Of a stretch of 64,000 bases of DNA, positions 52,575-64,000 are shown in pieces. Position 1 is the first letter of the stretch; every line of letters starts with the position of its first letter. The notes beneath the pieces are model-generated. The model had not been told where the DNA came from. It worked only from the letters and a program-made list of their open reading frames with translations, and did not search any database. The stretch is from Dipteris shenzhenensis (Eukaryota), in assembly GCA_047967505.1 (NCBI GenBank), contig CM106538.1; one strand, written 5' to 3'. Both the position numbers and the translations under genes were made by a program.

Positions 52575-54750
52575 AGATGGAAGAGCTCGAGGAGTAAGTG
52601 GAGGAGTCGGACATGAAGCGAGCCAAAAGAGTAAGCTAGTATGCCATCACCGAGTCATGTCCATTTGTAGATTTCAAGTTTTATTTGGATGACAACATAT
52701 TAGAGAACCTAGTCTAGTTAAAGAAGATGGATCTGGAGGGCTACCACAACTACCATTAGTGGAAGTGGAAAATCAATATATAGGGTGACGAGAAATTTGT
52801 TGCTCATTTACAAGAGTCTAGGGGACATGTAGCACCAGGTGTCTAGGTGACAAAGCAAGTTATTTCTCAAGTATTCAATTTACCGTGGTATCCAAATGCA
52901 CCTACAAGGTCGGAAATGAAATGTACTTCACAACATATGGTTGCAGAGTTCAGAATGCCTCAAACAACTAGACTTTATTACATGATTAAAATTTGTAGAA
53001 CCACAGTAAGATAGAAATAACTCTTATGGTTTCTGGAGCAAATAATGTTTCTTACTAAGTACAACTACATGTCAGAATCAAATTACTCATTATTTCAGCA
53101 GAGAGTGGATGCAAGTATAATTGCAATAGAATTGTGTATGCAATAATAAGGGGGGAAGTCCTTGGTAAGGAAAAAATAAGAAATGTGACACAATCAACTA
53201 TTAAACAAACATTGGTAGGGCTTTTTGAATATGCAGATACAGTCACACAGATAAAAAGACCTTTGAAAGGAAGGGATGATGCAACTAGCCCAAATATAGT
53301 GCCACTGACAAAAGAAGAAAGGGCACCCATGAAAGAAACCGAGTATATAGATCAAGACTTATAGCAGTCATATAAGAGAGTTAAAATTGTTGAAGATGTT
53401 CTGCCATCTCCACCCCACACTACTAACCCCACCAGAAAGTTGATGAAGCTAAGATCCAAATAGTGAGTTATCAAATTAGAGACCAAGGAAGACAAGGGGA
53501 TGGAAATCCTAGAATCACTAACCACAAAGAAGGAGGCATTGCTTTTAGAGCAAGATAATGAGAAGGAGAACACAAATCCAATTAAAGAGAAGCCTATGGG
53601 AATAGTGGGAAAAGATTAGACAATAAAGTGCCAAGATTTCATTTTAATTCCTTCATCAGATAAAGAGGAGTGCAACAGTAGAAAATACCAATTTTGAATC
53701 TTCCCAATACAATTTTTTAACACATCCTTCAGGATCAGGAGTAACAAGAGATATTTATGAGGAGTAGGTGTATTTGGCAATAAGCCACATGGTTTTTTCA
53801 ATTAGTAGTTTAACTACATATCAACAGCAGCAAAGGCTAAAATATCACTATGAACAGATGTTGCTAGAAGCATTAGAAATGAAACAACAGATGCACAAAA
53901 CTTCAGGGAGGGTCATGAGAGGCAAGTAAAACAACTCATAGATAAGAAAATAGTGTGGACTTAGGAGAAGAATCAACTGCTACAACAATAGAAGGAAGCC
54001 CCGGAGAGAGAAGCAGCTAGCATGATAATTGTGGGAGAACTACAACAGTAGAATGCACAGATCATGGAGAAGATAAAAAAGTTTTAGAGCTTGTTGGTTG
54101 TTGCAAAAAAATAGTATGGTTGAGGATGTCTAGAAGTGGTTAGTAGATGTCAGAAGCACTTTGACTAAACAATTGAATGTTTTGATGGAGGGCAATTCAA
54201 AGATGTCTACTGATGAGAACACAATCTTGTAGTCTAGGGTGAATGCACATATAGAAGTAGAAACTCAGATTAAGGTGATGAATGATGAGGATACACTTGA
54301 AATAGAGGGTATGTTTATGAGAAGTAAGAGTGTGGAGGAATTGCACAAAACTCTATATGATATTATGACCAAGATGTGGCTAAACATGAAGGGGAAACTG
54401 TTGGTTGCACTTGAACAACCCTTTGGAGAGCACACCAAGATTATAGAGTCAATTTAGGTAACTATATTGCAGGAGCAGTTGGAGGTCTTGCAGAAGGAAT
54501 TATATGAAGAGAAGAAATCCAAGAAGATTATATTGGTAGCCTCTATGTGTGAGCTTGAAGAGTCCTAATTTATGAAAGAAGAGTTTAGAACATCTAAATA
54601 GCAAGAGGTAATTAGTGCCCCAGCTGCTAAAGTGGGAGCAAAAATAGAGAATGCAGATGGAAAAGATGAGGAAGGAGATGCACAGACTGCGCTCACAGTG
54701 CATACACAGTTTAATGATGAGCAGGAAGATTGTGATTTGCTGTCATTTGC
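52575..54750 (+). pseudogene. Decayed extra ORF (K/E-rich, coiled-coil-like) downstream of gypsy pol
   Basis: Purine-rich coding-like composition in broken frames (53134-53364, 54239-54457); position typical of 3' extra ORFs in Athila/Tat elements. No recognisable domain. Confidence 0.4.
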
Positions 54751-55299
54751 AGCCCCGACAATCTCAAAGTTAGTGGGTAGAATTTGTGATATGTCACGAA
54801 AAAAGGAAACACGTAGGTCAAGTGGTATCACCAGGAAGGCTGGAAAGATAGGAAGATGCTGGGCTAGTTCCTTTGCAAAAAGAGTTGGAAAAATCAGCAC
54901 AGCAGACATATGTTGAGCACCAAAGATTTCACCCAGACTAATCTTTTAAGATCAGCATATATTTTTTCTTTCAACACAATCACCAAAACTATTTTTTTAA
55001 CACAACATTATCATTACCACACATCCACCAGCTGTGTTTTCAAACACAAATACATACAAACAGGATTTGCTTATATTTTGCAAATGGTTTCAATTTTTCT
55101 ATAGGATATAATAACACTGGGCTCAGAATATTTTTTTGTAAACCATGTAAGCAGCTATGTGTAGGAATAGTTTGAATCTTGGTACTGCACTAGGTCTTGG
55201 ATTGATGTGATTTTTACATCATGAAGAGGGCCTATTTGGAAAGCATTAAGATTTTCTTATGAAAGCATTTCGGTGGGTTCAAGTCCAGGAATTTTTTCA

Positions 55300-55342
<43 letters not shown>

Positions 55343-55410
55343 CTGTCCATCCATCCATCCATCCATCCATCTATCTATCTATCTATCTATATATATATAT
55401 ATATATATAT
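55300..55410. repeat. Compound microsatellite (CT)n(AT)n(ATCC)n(ATCT)n(AT)n
   Basis: Direct reading. Confidence 0.95.
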
Positions 55411-58400
55411 TCAACGGTGATATTTTTCCATGCCAGTGGCCACCATCTTTGCCAGCTTAGACTCGGAGTGCAAATCCAATACAGAGATATATAATGTTGC
55501 TACACAATAGCTTCCTGCTCTCTTGACACTTATCAATAAGTTAATGTGCTTGTCTTTACCAATTCTTGGTTGAAATCATTTGATCATCTATATATCATCA
55601 AATCCTGAATCCTAATGGATTATGAATATCGATGAATGTATGTTGTTCTATTTTATTGTACATACAATAGTATCTGATTTGTTTGAGAAGTTCTTTTTCT
55701 TACGAGCAGTGCCAATACGAGCAGCATCCAACTGCTCACATTTCAATCTCCTCTTTTGTGCATATCAATAAACGTAGGTTGTATAAACAACAGTATCACA
55801 TTTTTTAGAAGGTCTTATTCTTACGAGCAGTGGCGATAGGTCTGCAAGGAACGGCACTTTATTCCTACACTCTAGTAGTACACTTATCTGAATTCTAGTT
55901 GGACTTGAACTTTATCAAGAGACACGAAAATTATGGTGCACTTTGCAAAACATATTTTTAAGATCCCTATATTGTTAACGGTTTTCAATTAGGCATAAAT
56001 GAGAGCTCTAGAAGTAGCAAGCTCAAACACATGCATGCCATGAATTGTTAGGATGCATTTATTTCAAGTTCTAGGAACAAAATTCAAAATCCACTCACTT
56101 CTTCTTCCCAAATCTCAACTATTCTGAATAACATTCAAACTTAACACTACGTTCTTCAATCCTTCTTTGCTACTGAAGATCCATCAACAGTCAAGTTAAA
56201 CACACAGTCTTTAGAAGTTCCGCCGAATATCATAGAATTCCAACCACCAGAGTCACGGGCCACATGATATAATTCCTCCATTCAATTGACATCACTGAGC
56301 TTTACAAGAGCATCATCATCTACTCCTCCCAACACACCAGTACCACCAAACGTACCATCATCACTAGTAGAAACTGTATTACAAATTACCGAACCTCCAA
56401 CACCAACGACTCGAAACGCTCACCAGCTTACTTGGACAACTCCCACTAGAAACATTGCAACCCACACCCTCATAAACCTCAACATAACCACTCGAGCTTC
56501 CACTAGGCACTCCCCCAAATACTAAACCCCCTGGATCAAAAGAAACCAAACGACCTTCCACACCTACCTCACCACTACGACCCCCAACAACACCTTCATC
56601 ACCTCGCACCTTGCAGAAACCTCCCCACCCTCATCACCAAACGATAGACCATTGAAAGCCCCAACATTCTCCATACGCAACGGAAAACCAACACCGAACA
56701 AAACCCCTCCTATCAAACGCCACCCTAACTCTAAACCTCCACTAGATCCGAGAGCAACAGAAACCACAACCTCACCAACTCAGAGCCCCCATCAACTCAA
56801 CAACCAAATGAGCCTCACCACATTCAGAACGTCCATCAACTCAGCAAGCAAATGAACAATGAAATGACAGACAAGAAAGCACGTGTCGGTAAACCCACCC
56901 ATTGCCACATAAGCACATGATGCCCACCACAACGGCCATCACAAAAACACCCAACGTAAACACTTCACGTCGCACACGAGACCCTCCCAACTACTTGGAA
57001 AGGGCCGCCAGTCAGCCTTTCCCGATCAGCCTCCCGGATTCCTTGAGCGAAAGTCCTCCCGGGGGCCCTTCCCTACCGTGTCGATCATTGAGGCTTAAAT
57101 CTCTCAAACCTTAACCTCGACGTGGCACGAATGCCCTCGAATGTATTTGACCATGTCCATTTCTCCAATAGCCCGAAGCACATTGTGCGAGGCTTGTTTC
57201 GTAGAGGATGACGTCGGGACTCGAGAAAGAAAAAAGAACAGGTTGATTTCGTAGTGCATGACGTTTTAAATTGGGATTGTGCTCTTTTAAATTCTGAATC
57301 CAGTCGGACAGGAGCGAGAATGTCGAGGTTAATTCGTTTAAGGTTTGTGACGACACTGACGACCGGCAATGCTTGAATCCAGATAAATAACGCTTAGATA
57401 AATCGAGAAGACGCTGCCGAACCGACGCATCTTGTGGCCCACGCAAGTGATGCAACGGCGTTTGCAACGCCAGTGGCCACAACCTTCGTTTGCCCGTGCA
57501 GTTATATCACATTGAAAAGCATGCCGCACGACAATCTATGCGCCGTCCTCGATTTCCACAAAAATACCTACAAAAGATGCTGTCCACGAAATCGACGTTG
57601 CTTCAAAGTGCGGCGTGCCTACGGCTTCGTTGCAGATCCTCGGAACTGTAAGCAATATGATAATTCTCACGTTTTAGAAATCCATCGTGATCGACCCTTT
57701 GTTAGCATTGTCTAGCTAGGCAGCACTCTACTAGTTTCCTGCCCTCGGGGAGCCCTGAAATTTGAAGCGTTCAACGGGCTTCAAGCCCTTAGACACACAT
57801 TCTACGGAAGGCCAATGAAAAAATTCATGTTGTAAATGAAGGCCAACAGTTGAACAAGGTTTCAAATTTTTGCATATAAATACCTATTTCCTTACTTTTG
57901 AAGGCGACTCTCAGATTTTGTCCTTCAATATGAAGGTTAGGGCAGACCTTCACATTTTAGGGCTGCCCTCGCGTACCCTTTTAGCATTGACTCCAATTTG
58001 AGAAAGCAGAAATAAGCGAATCTTTTTTCGAATTGGCCAAAGGTACGCCACGTGGCTTTCTTGAAGCATGTATGTAATTGCCCTTTGCTGAGTTCCCCGC
58101 ACAACATCGTTTTGTCGTTTCGTTGCTTTTTCTTTGTGGATATGTGCGATTTTTCTTGGTATCTGGAATTGCTGTTTTTGGGTGGGTATCGATTGCAGAT
58201 CGTTTTGTTGCATCCGTCAACGGCGGGGGTCGATGGAGAGGAAATCCCCACCGTCTGATCTCGCCGCATGCATAATGATAATTGAGGGACTGCTTAAAAT
58301 TAGGATATCCATTGGCTACCAAAGGTAATTTATCGCAGCCATTCGATCGTGACAAATCGACGCCTCACGAGCAGCGCCAATTTTTAGCCTTTGGATCATC

Positions 58401-58849
58401 ATGTACATCCAACGATGCACAAATTGCATCCATTGGATTAAACATCAATCCAATGGCCATGACAGATCGCAATAATAACATGAACGCCACATGCGTCGAC
58501 ATGCCATCCGCACCAACCAACACATAACACGTGTACTCATTCCCCCTCCCCACGTCGTTGACGGTCGAGAATTTGGCCCGATCACCAATCTCGATCGAAA
58601 ACCTAGGCCAACCTTCGGCCACCCAGCTCTCAACTCACGTTGCCAGCTCTCGCGTACCGTGGACTTATAGTACCTTAGCGACCTCTCCAACATCGTACAA
58701 AAACAGCTCCTGAGTCCTCAGCTCCTCAGTGTGCTCTCGAGTCCTGCCTAGCTGTGGTTGCCACTCGGTTATCCTTCCTCTTACATAGTTGAATTAGATC
58801 ATGCCTCAAGGGGTGTTCTTAGTATCAGTGCTAGATAATAACTTTTGTA

Positions 58850-58883
58850 TGGCAATTTTTTGTATGTGGTTCATTTTGTATGA

Positions 58884-58931
<48 letters not shown>

Positions 58932-59042
58932 GTATGTGGTTCTATAGCTATATCTCCACATTTGAAAGAAGACTTAAATCAAGATTAATTCTTTACTATC
59001 GACATGACCATTTTTTTAGGTGGAAATATAAAGGTTAGATAC

Positions 59043-59078
<36 letters not shown>

Positions 59079-59203
59079 GGAGGTATATGAAATGCACACA
59101 CACACACACACACAATCTTGAATATTGTTTTCTAATGCTTTGGAAGCTTAGATTCTGAGAGGGGAAAATTGAAGTAAGAACCATTTTAAAAAATATATAT
59201 GGA

Positions 59204-59248
<45 letters not shown>

Positions 59249-59400
59249 GTGTGTGTGTGTGTGTGGTCATCCTATCCCGCCGAAGGTACCTGAGCACCTC
59301 TTTATGCATAGTCAATTGGCTCCTCATTGGCTCTCCTTATTTGTGTAGAAGGGTGGCTTAGAAAAATTATCGAAATTCATGGGAGGAAAAATATGAAGCT

Positions 59401-59456
<56 letters not shown>

Positions 59457-59782
59457 CTAGGGGGTACACACACACACACACACACACACACAATCTCTTA
59501 AGGATGGAGTTTTCTTATTCTTTGGATGCTTAGATTCTTGAGAGGGAAAAACTGAAGAAATAACCATGTTTTAAAAAAGATAAGGGAGGGGGGGGAGAGA
59601 CACAGAGAGAGAGCTACATTTGCATTGCTTAAGACAAGCTACATTTTTCAAAATAATCGAAACCATTCTGATCTTATAATTTGTGGACGCTCACACACAC
59701 GCAATCTTGAATATTATTTTCTTATTCTTTGGATGCTTAGATTCTTGAGAGGGGAAAAATAAATTAAGAACCATTTTTAGAG

Positions 59783-59864
<82 letters not shown>

Positions 59865-59872
59865 TGTGTGTT
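58850..59872. repeat. Higher-order repeat of (GA)n/(CA)n microsatellites with a shared unique spacer
   Basis: GCTTAGATTCT(T)GAGAGGG(G)AAAA...AACCAT at about 59146, 59528 and 59735, each between CA and GA tracts. Confidence 0.88.
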
Positions 59873-60091
59873 TAGATTTAATAATCCCATCAATAAATGA
59901 ATCATACAAATAATTCAATCCTTTGGATAATTATAAAAAGTAGCATATGATAAATGGACTGAAAATTCTTTAAGAAAATAAAATGACTGCTTTTAACAGT
60001 ATTGCAATCCAAATAATTTTTTGGTAGGGACCTGAGCAATATGATTGGCAATAGAAAATTTCTTTATATTGAGTTTACACATTTAAGAAAA

Positions 60092-60260
60092 GAATCCATC
60101 AAGTAGTCCATGCACCAAGGTCAGGGTCCACTTACCTTCCACCATCCAAATACACTGTATGTTAGAACAATATAGCATGATTTGGGTAGACAAGTAATGC
60201 CTCTATTCCCTGGCTTGTTATTGCTTTACCTAGGAACATGCACAACCTTCTAGATTCTAG
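60092..60260. repeat. 169-bp conserved self-complementary module, copy 2
   Basis: Homologous to 24552-24720 in the same orientation. Confidence 0.9.
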
Positions 60261-60465
60261 TGCATAAAAAGAGTCATCAAGGAGCAAAAATAAAAGGAGA
60301 TAAACCACAAAAAATGTGTCAAAAAAGAGGGTGTTAGTTCACAACCATTAAAATGACCATCATTTAAAATAGACCAAGAGATGAATGATCCTCTTAAGAG
60401 AAGAATTACATCTTGTTATAGGGGGATTGTTCACACCCTTTTTTAAATATGGGGGTAATCCTTAG

Positions 60466-60498
60466 CATTAGGGGAGAATTGGGCTCTCAAAAGGGCCT
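60466..60498 (+). repeat. Putative transposon terminus CATTAGGGGAGAATTGGGCTCTCAAAAGGGCCT
   Basis: 32/33 identical to 28242-28274. Confidence 0.6.
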
Positions 60499-60911
60499 CC
60501 AATTAGTGTTTCCTAATTTCAAGGGATTAGAGAGTGATTTGAGGTGTACCAATGAGAGTGCTAAAAGGTGTGGGGCAATGGTATGTTGAGGTGGAGGGTG
60601 GGCAACCTGCAGAGAGCCCCTATTGGTTGCTCCCCTTACAATAGGGACCACCCAAACCATCCCCCCCCCCTCGTAACCCATGTTTGACCCTCCTACCAAG
60701 TGCACCTCCCCCACATGAGCCCAAAACTACCTTCAATGGGATGGTAGGGCCCTTGTGGTGAATTTTTCTTCTCCCCTCCCTCTTTCTAGGACCTCTGCCC
60801 CCCACTATTCTGGTCTAGCCTGCAAAATCACTCAGATTTGAACCAAATCCCATGCATTTTCGCTCTCCCCCCTCTTTCTCTACTCCCTCCTACTCTGACC
60901 TGCTTGCTACA

Positions 60912-61150
60912 GCTCCTCTCTCTCTCTTTCTCTCCCCTCTCCCTCTCCTGTGCCTCTGTTGGAGCTGCTCTGTCCCTCTTCTTCTCCCTCTCCCGTGCCT
61001 CTGTTGCTGTTGCTTTGTCCCTCTCCTTCTCCCTCTCTTGTGCCTCTGTTGTTGCTGCTCTGTCCCTCTCCTTATCCCTCTCCTATGCCTCTGTTGCTGC
61101 TGCTCTATCCCTCTCCTTCTCCCTCTTTTGTGCCTCTGTTGGATCTGCAT
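60912..61150. repeat. 45-bp tandem repeat, about 5 copies
   Basis: GCTGCTCTGTCCCTCTCCTTCTCCCTCTC...TGCCTCTGTT units; 15-aa periodicity in the overlapping ORFs. Confidence 0.9.
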
Positions 61151-61196
61151 TACCTTATGCAGGAGTCCCATTCTTGCTGTTGCAACCTCTGCAAGC

Positions 61197-62480
61197 ATGG
61201 TGAGGAGAAAGGCTACAAGAAAAGCAATGCTGTGACCTCTTGTGTCTTCCACAACACCAAAAATGCATTGGATGAGTGGATCCCTTGCACCTACAGCTTA
61301 AATGACTAGATAGTGATGAAAGGATCAGCCAAAGGTCCACATAAGCTTCCCAAGAGCAAGAGAGGTGACATCTTGCATGAGTGGAAGGGGCGCATCTTGA
61401 AGTTCAAGTTTGGGAAGAAAGGATGGCTTGCAAATGTGCATTATGTTTACATGGGAAAAGATATGCGGCTTCCTCCATCATTCAATCAATCTAGGATACC
61501 ATCACACTATGAGCCTTTCTATCTATGTACCTTTTTCACCTGCAAGTGTAATGAGTCCATTTGGAAATTTTGTGTTTGGTTTCTAAGAGCTCTTATTTAT
61601 GGTGGCAGATGTCTTCCCTTCGGACCTCGAGGAGTGGGAACTAGTTGAATCATTCATAGGCAAGTTCACTGCAATTCATGAGGATTTAGGTAAGCAAATG
61701 CATGCCGGGGAGAAGTTGGCCTCCTTGCGAATGAAGAATGTGTGTTGGTATAATGCAACATACATCACTCCAATGACATCATCAAGCTATGGCCATCTGC
61801 AAACCATTGCACCACCACAACTTCAAGACATGGATTGTAGCAATGTGGACTCGAGGACATTGCAATCATACAAGGACAAGATTGCAAAGGATGTGGGCAT
61901 GGCCATGAAGTTTACATTTGGATCCAAATGGGCAAGGTTATCTTGGTTTATGCCTCTACACATTTTTGCTTCTTTATTTTAGAATATACATATGCATAGA
62001 ACAAAAACTATGTGGTCCTGCAAGCGTGTAGATGAAAATGCTCTTGAAGATTTACTTGGGATGAATTGGGGAACCAGGTCAGGTGACCAAAAGGGTGATG
62101 TGTTTCAATGTCACGCATGTAAAGACAATGTGGTTATTAGATACCATTTGTCACGCCAAATGTTGTATTTAGCTTTTCAGTACAGGCGCTGGAAGAAAAC
62201 AAATGGCCGGTGGCTTCCCCTAGACTCTAATGATGAAGACAATACGGGGGTAAGTTTGTCTATTGATGTTGAAGAGGGAGATGTCAAGAATGTGAATGTC
62301 ACATCGCAATGGACTCTAAGGGATGTGCGAGAACACCTATTGGTCATGGAGGATGGCATGTCAGAGTCCTACTTTACCTTAAATGGTGGTAAGATCAGCC
62401 ACAGTGTGGAGAAGTGCATGCATAGTGCCAATTTCATTCCTCCTGCAACTTTGAAGATTGCTAACAATGTGTTTGACTAG
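61197..62480 (+). pseudogene. Disrupted gene with N-terminal BAH-like domain and C-terminal ubiquitin-like segment
   Basis: TYSLND*IVMK...HEWKGRILKF...ANVHYVY, then VFPSDLEEWELVESFIGKFTAI...VCWYNATY follows the BAH pattern. C-terminal VNVTSQWTLRDVREHL...YFTLNGGKI resembles a beta-grasp fold. Probable intron ending at AG near 61608; stops and a frameshift present. Confidence 0.5.
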
Positions 62481-62757
62481 TGCAGCATTATATTTTTTGT
62501 CTGTCAAATCCTAGTTATTGCTTCAAAAGATGATGGACAATTAAATTAAAATGTTATTTCTTTTAATGTTTTCTCCTTTCAGTTCATGGTGGTAAATGTT
62601 TTTCAAAAATTTTGGGGATTTTATGATTGATTTTTAGGGTTTTGATATATATTAAGGGGTAAGAGCCCTTTTTACATCACATTCTCACTTTCACATTTAG
62701 AGAACCATAGAAACTCCCATCCTCAAAAGTTACTCCTTGCATCAATTGCTATTTGCC

Positions 62758-63432
62758 ATGGATTCAGCTAGAACTGTGTTCCATGACTTCATCTCACGAA
62801 CTGCATTTGCAGATCGTGAGGAAGAACTATTTTTAGTGTTTGATAGGACTTTAGATGTCCTAGGCACATATATGCGATCATATATATGCGAGCCAAGGAT
62901 GACTTTTCAGCTCTCATCCTTTACATACAAGATAATTTCTCAAATTTTGCCTATACACTTGACCACACTTCAAAGAGATGGGTTCCCATAGATTACATAA
63001 AGTATCTGTTCGTAAAAGAACCCAAGTTTGTAAAGTGCTTGGCCCACTTTTGTGACAACCTTACAGATGAAGGGTTTAGGATAGTCGAAGTTCAAGACAT
63101 CCTAAATGCAGGGATCACAGGAAAATACAGGCACCAAATTCCTTTCATGGGAGATGACATTCATCTTCCTTCTCCAAGAAGGAAATTTAGAGGAAGAAGC
63201 CTCATTGTCTAGCACCCCCTCTATTAGAACTGCTGATCTGGTCGTCCCTAGACTAGACTCGGACATCTACATGGAAGAGAGTCTTGACAATCCAATAGAG
63301 GAGATGGAAGTAGCTCAAGCATTGAGCCTACTTCAAGAGCCCCCAGTAGAGCAAGAATCTGCATTGAAGACCGTTGACCCAGACTCAGAATTATGGTCTT
63401 TGTCCCCCCTCATCATCGATGGAGAAGAGTAG
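62758..63432 (+). pseudogene. Frameshifted ORF of unknown function
   Basis: Overlapping protein-like fragments 62758-62991, 62886-63212 and 63106-63432. Confidence 0.35.
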
Positions 63433-64000
63433 GCATTCCTCCATGACATAGAGATTCTTTTTGGACTATGAGAGGATGAGGCACTTGGAGTCCTATCGGG
63501 GTTCGATGTTGACACGTGTCAAAGATCCCGGGGTTTTAGGTACTGAATACTAGACAATGGAAGACTTTCTCTTGCCGACGCTGGTTTCAATGAGGGATGC
63601 AAACATGTCCATATACTATGCACAACCCTCTCCAGGAGAAAGCGTCCACCTCCCAAATGGAACATCACACAGCACCTGGTTCCATCAACATTGCAAATGA
63701 GGTGACGGCTCCGACTAGGTGCTCACCAGGATGGCTCTAATGAGGAAAAAACTACTCTTGCCCCCTCCTCTGCTTTTGAAAAGGATTCCACCCAGGGTGA
63801 CCCTGAAGTGCCCCTGATCCCACATGTGAACAATCCAGTGTCGGGACTGGCACCCTTGCCCTTCTACAAGGAGACCTATCCTAACCCAGTCTTAGAAAAG
63901 CAATGCATAAAAGATACACAGAGCTCGGTACAATATTGCCAAGAGATGTTCGAGCATCGACTAAAGGCTAGTAGAGGGTCAGACACTATTCATCCAACCC

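Noticed and set aside
60838-61309. Cys-rich and Gln/Arg-rich repeat ORFs
   Set aside because: Produced by the 45-bp tandem repeat being open in several frames.

Overview
Repeat-dense eukaryotic DNA with GT-AG introns, most likely from a non-flowering land plant such as a fern. That assignment is an inference from plant-type LTR, LINE and hAT elements plus an intron-containing acetate kinase. Most of the window is nested, decayed transposons: a hAT element, at least three Ty1/copia elements, several Ty3/gypsy elements and a LINE remnant. The only clear host gene is the 3' part of an acetate kinase (about 14.0-15.3 kb). The most notable observation is a spliced, pseudogenised transposase at about 29.0-31.4 kb whose motifs line up in order with the RAG1 core/Transib family (comparison made by eye from recalled RAG1 sequence). 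It lies behind a 33-bp CATTAGG...GGGCCT putative terminus. That terminus recurs almost identically at 60.5 kb in front of a BAH-like plus ubiquitin-like ORF, and in diverged form at 22.85 kb where a gypsy element is cut off. A 169-bp self-complementary non-coding module with compensatory changes lies upstream of both near-identical termini. Together these suggest a possible plant RAG/Transib-like transposon system with chromatin-reader cargo. No database searches were run.
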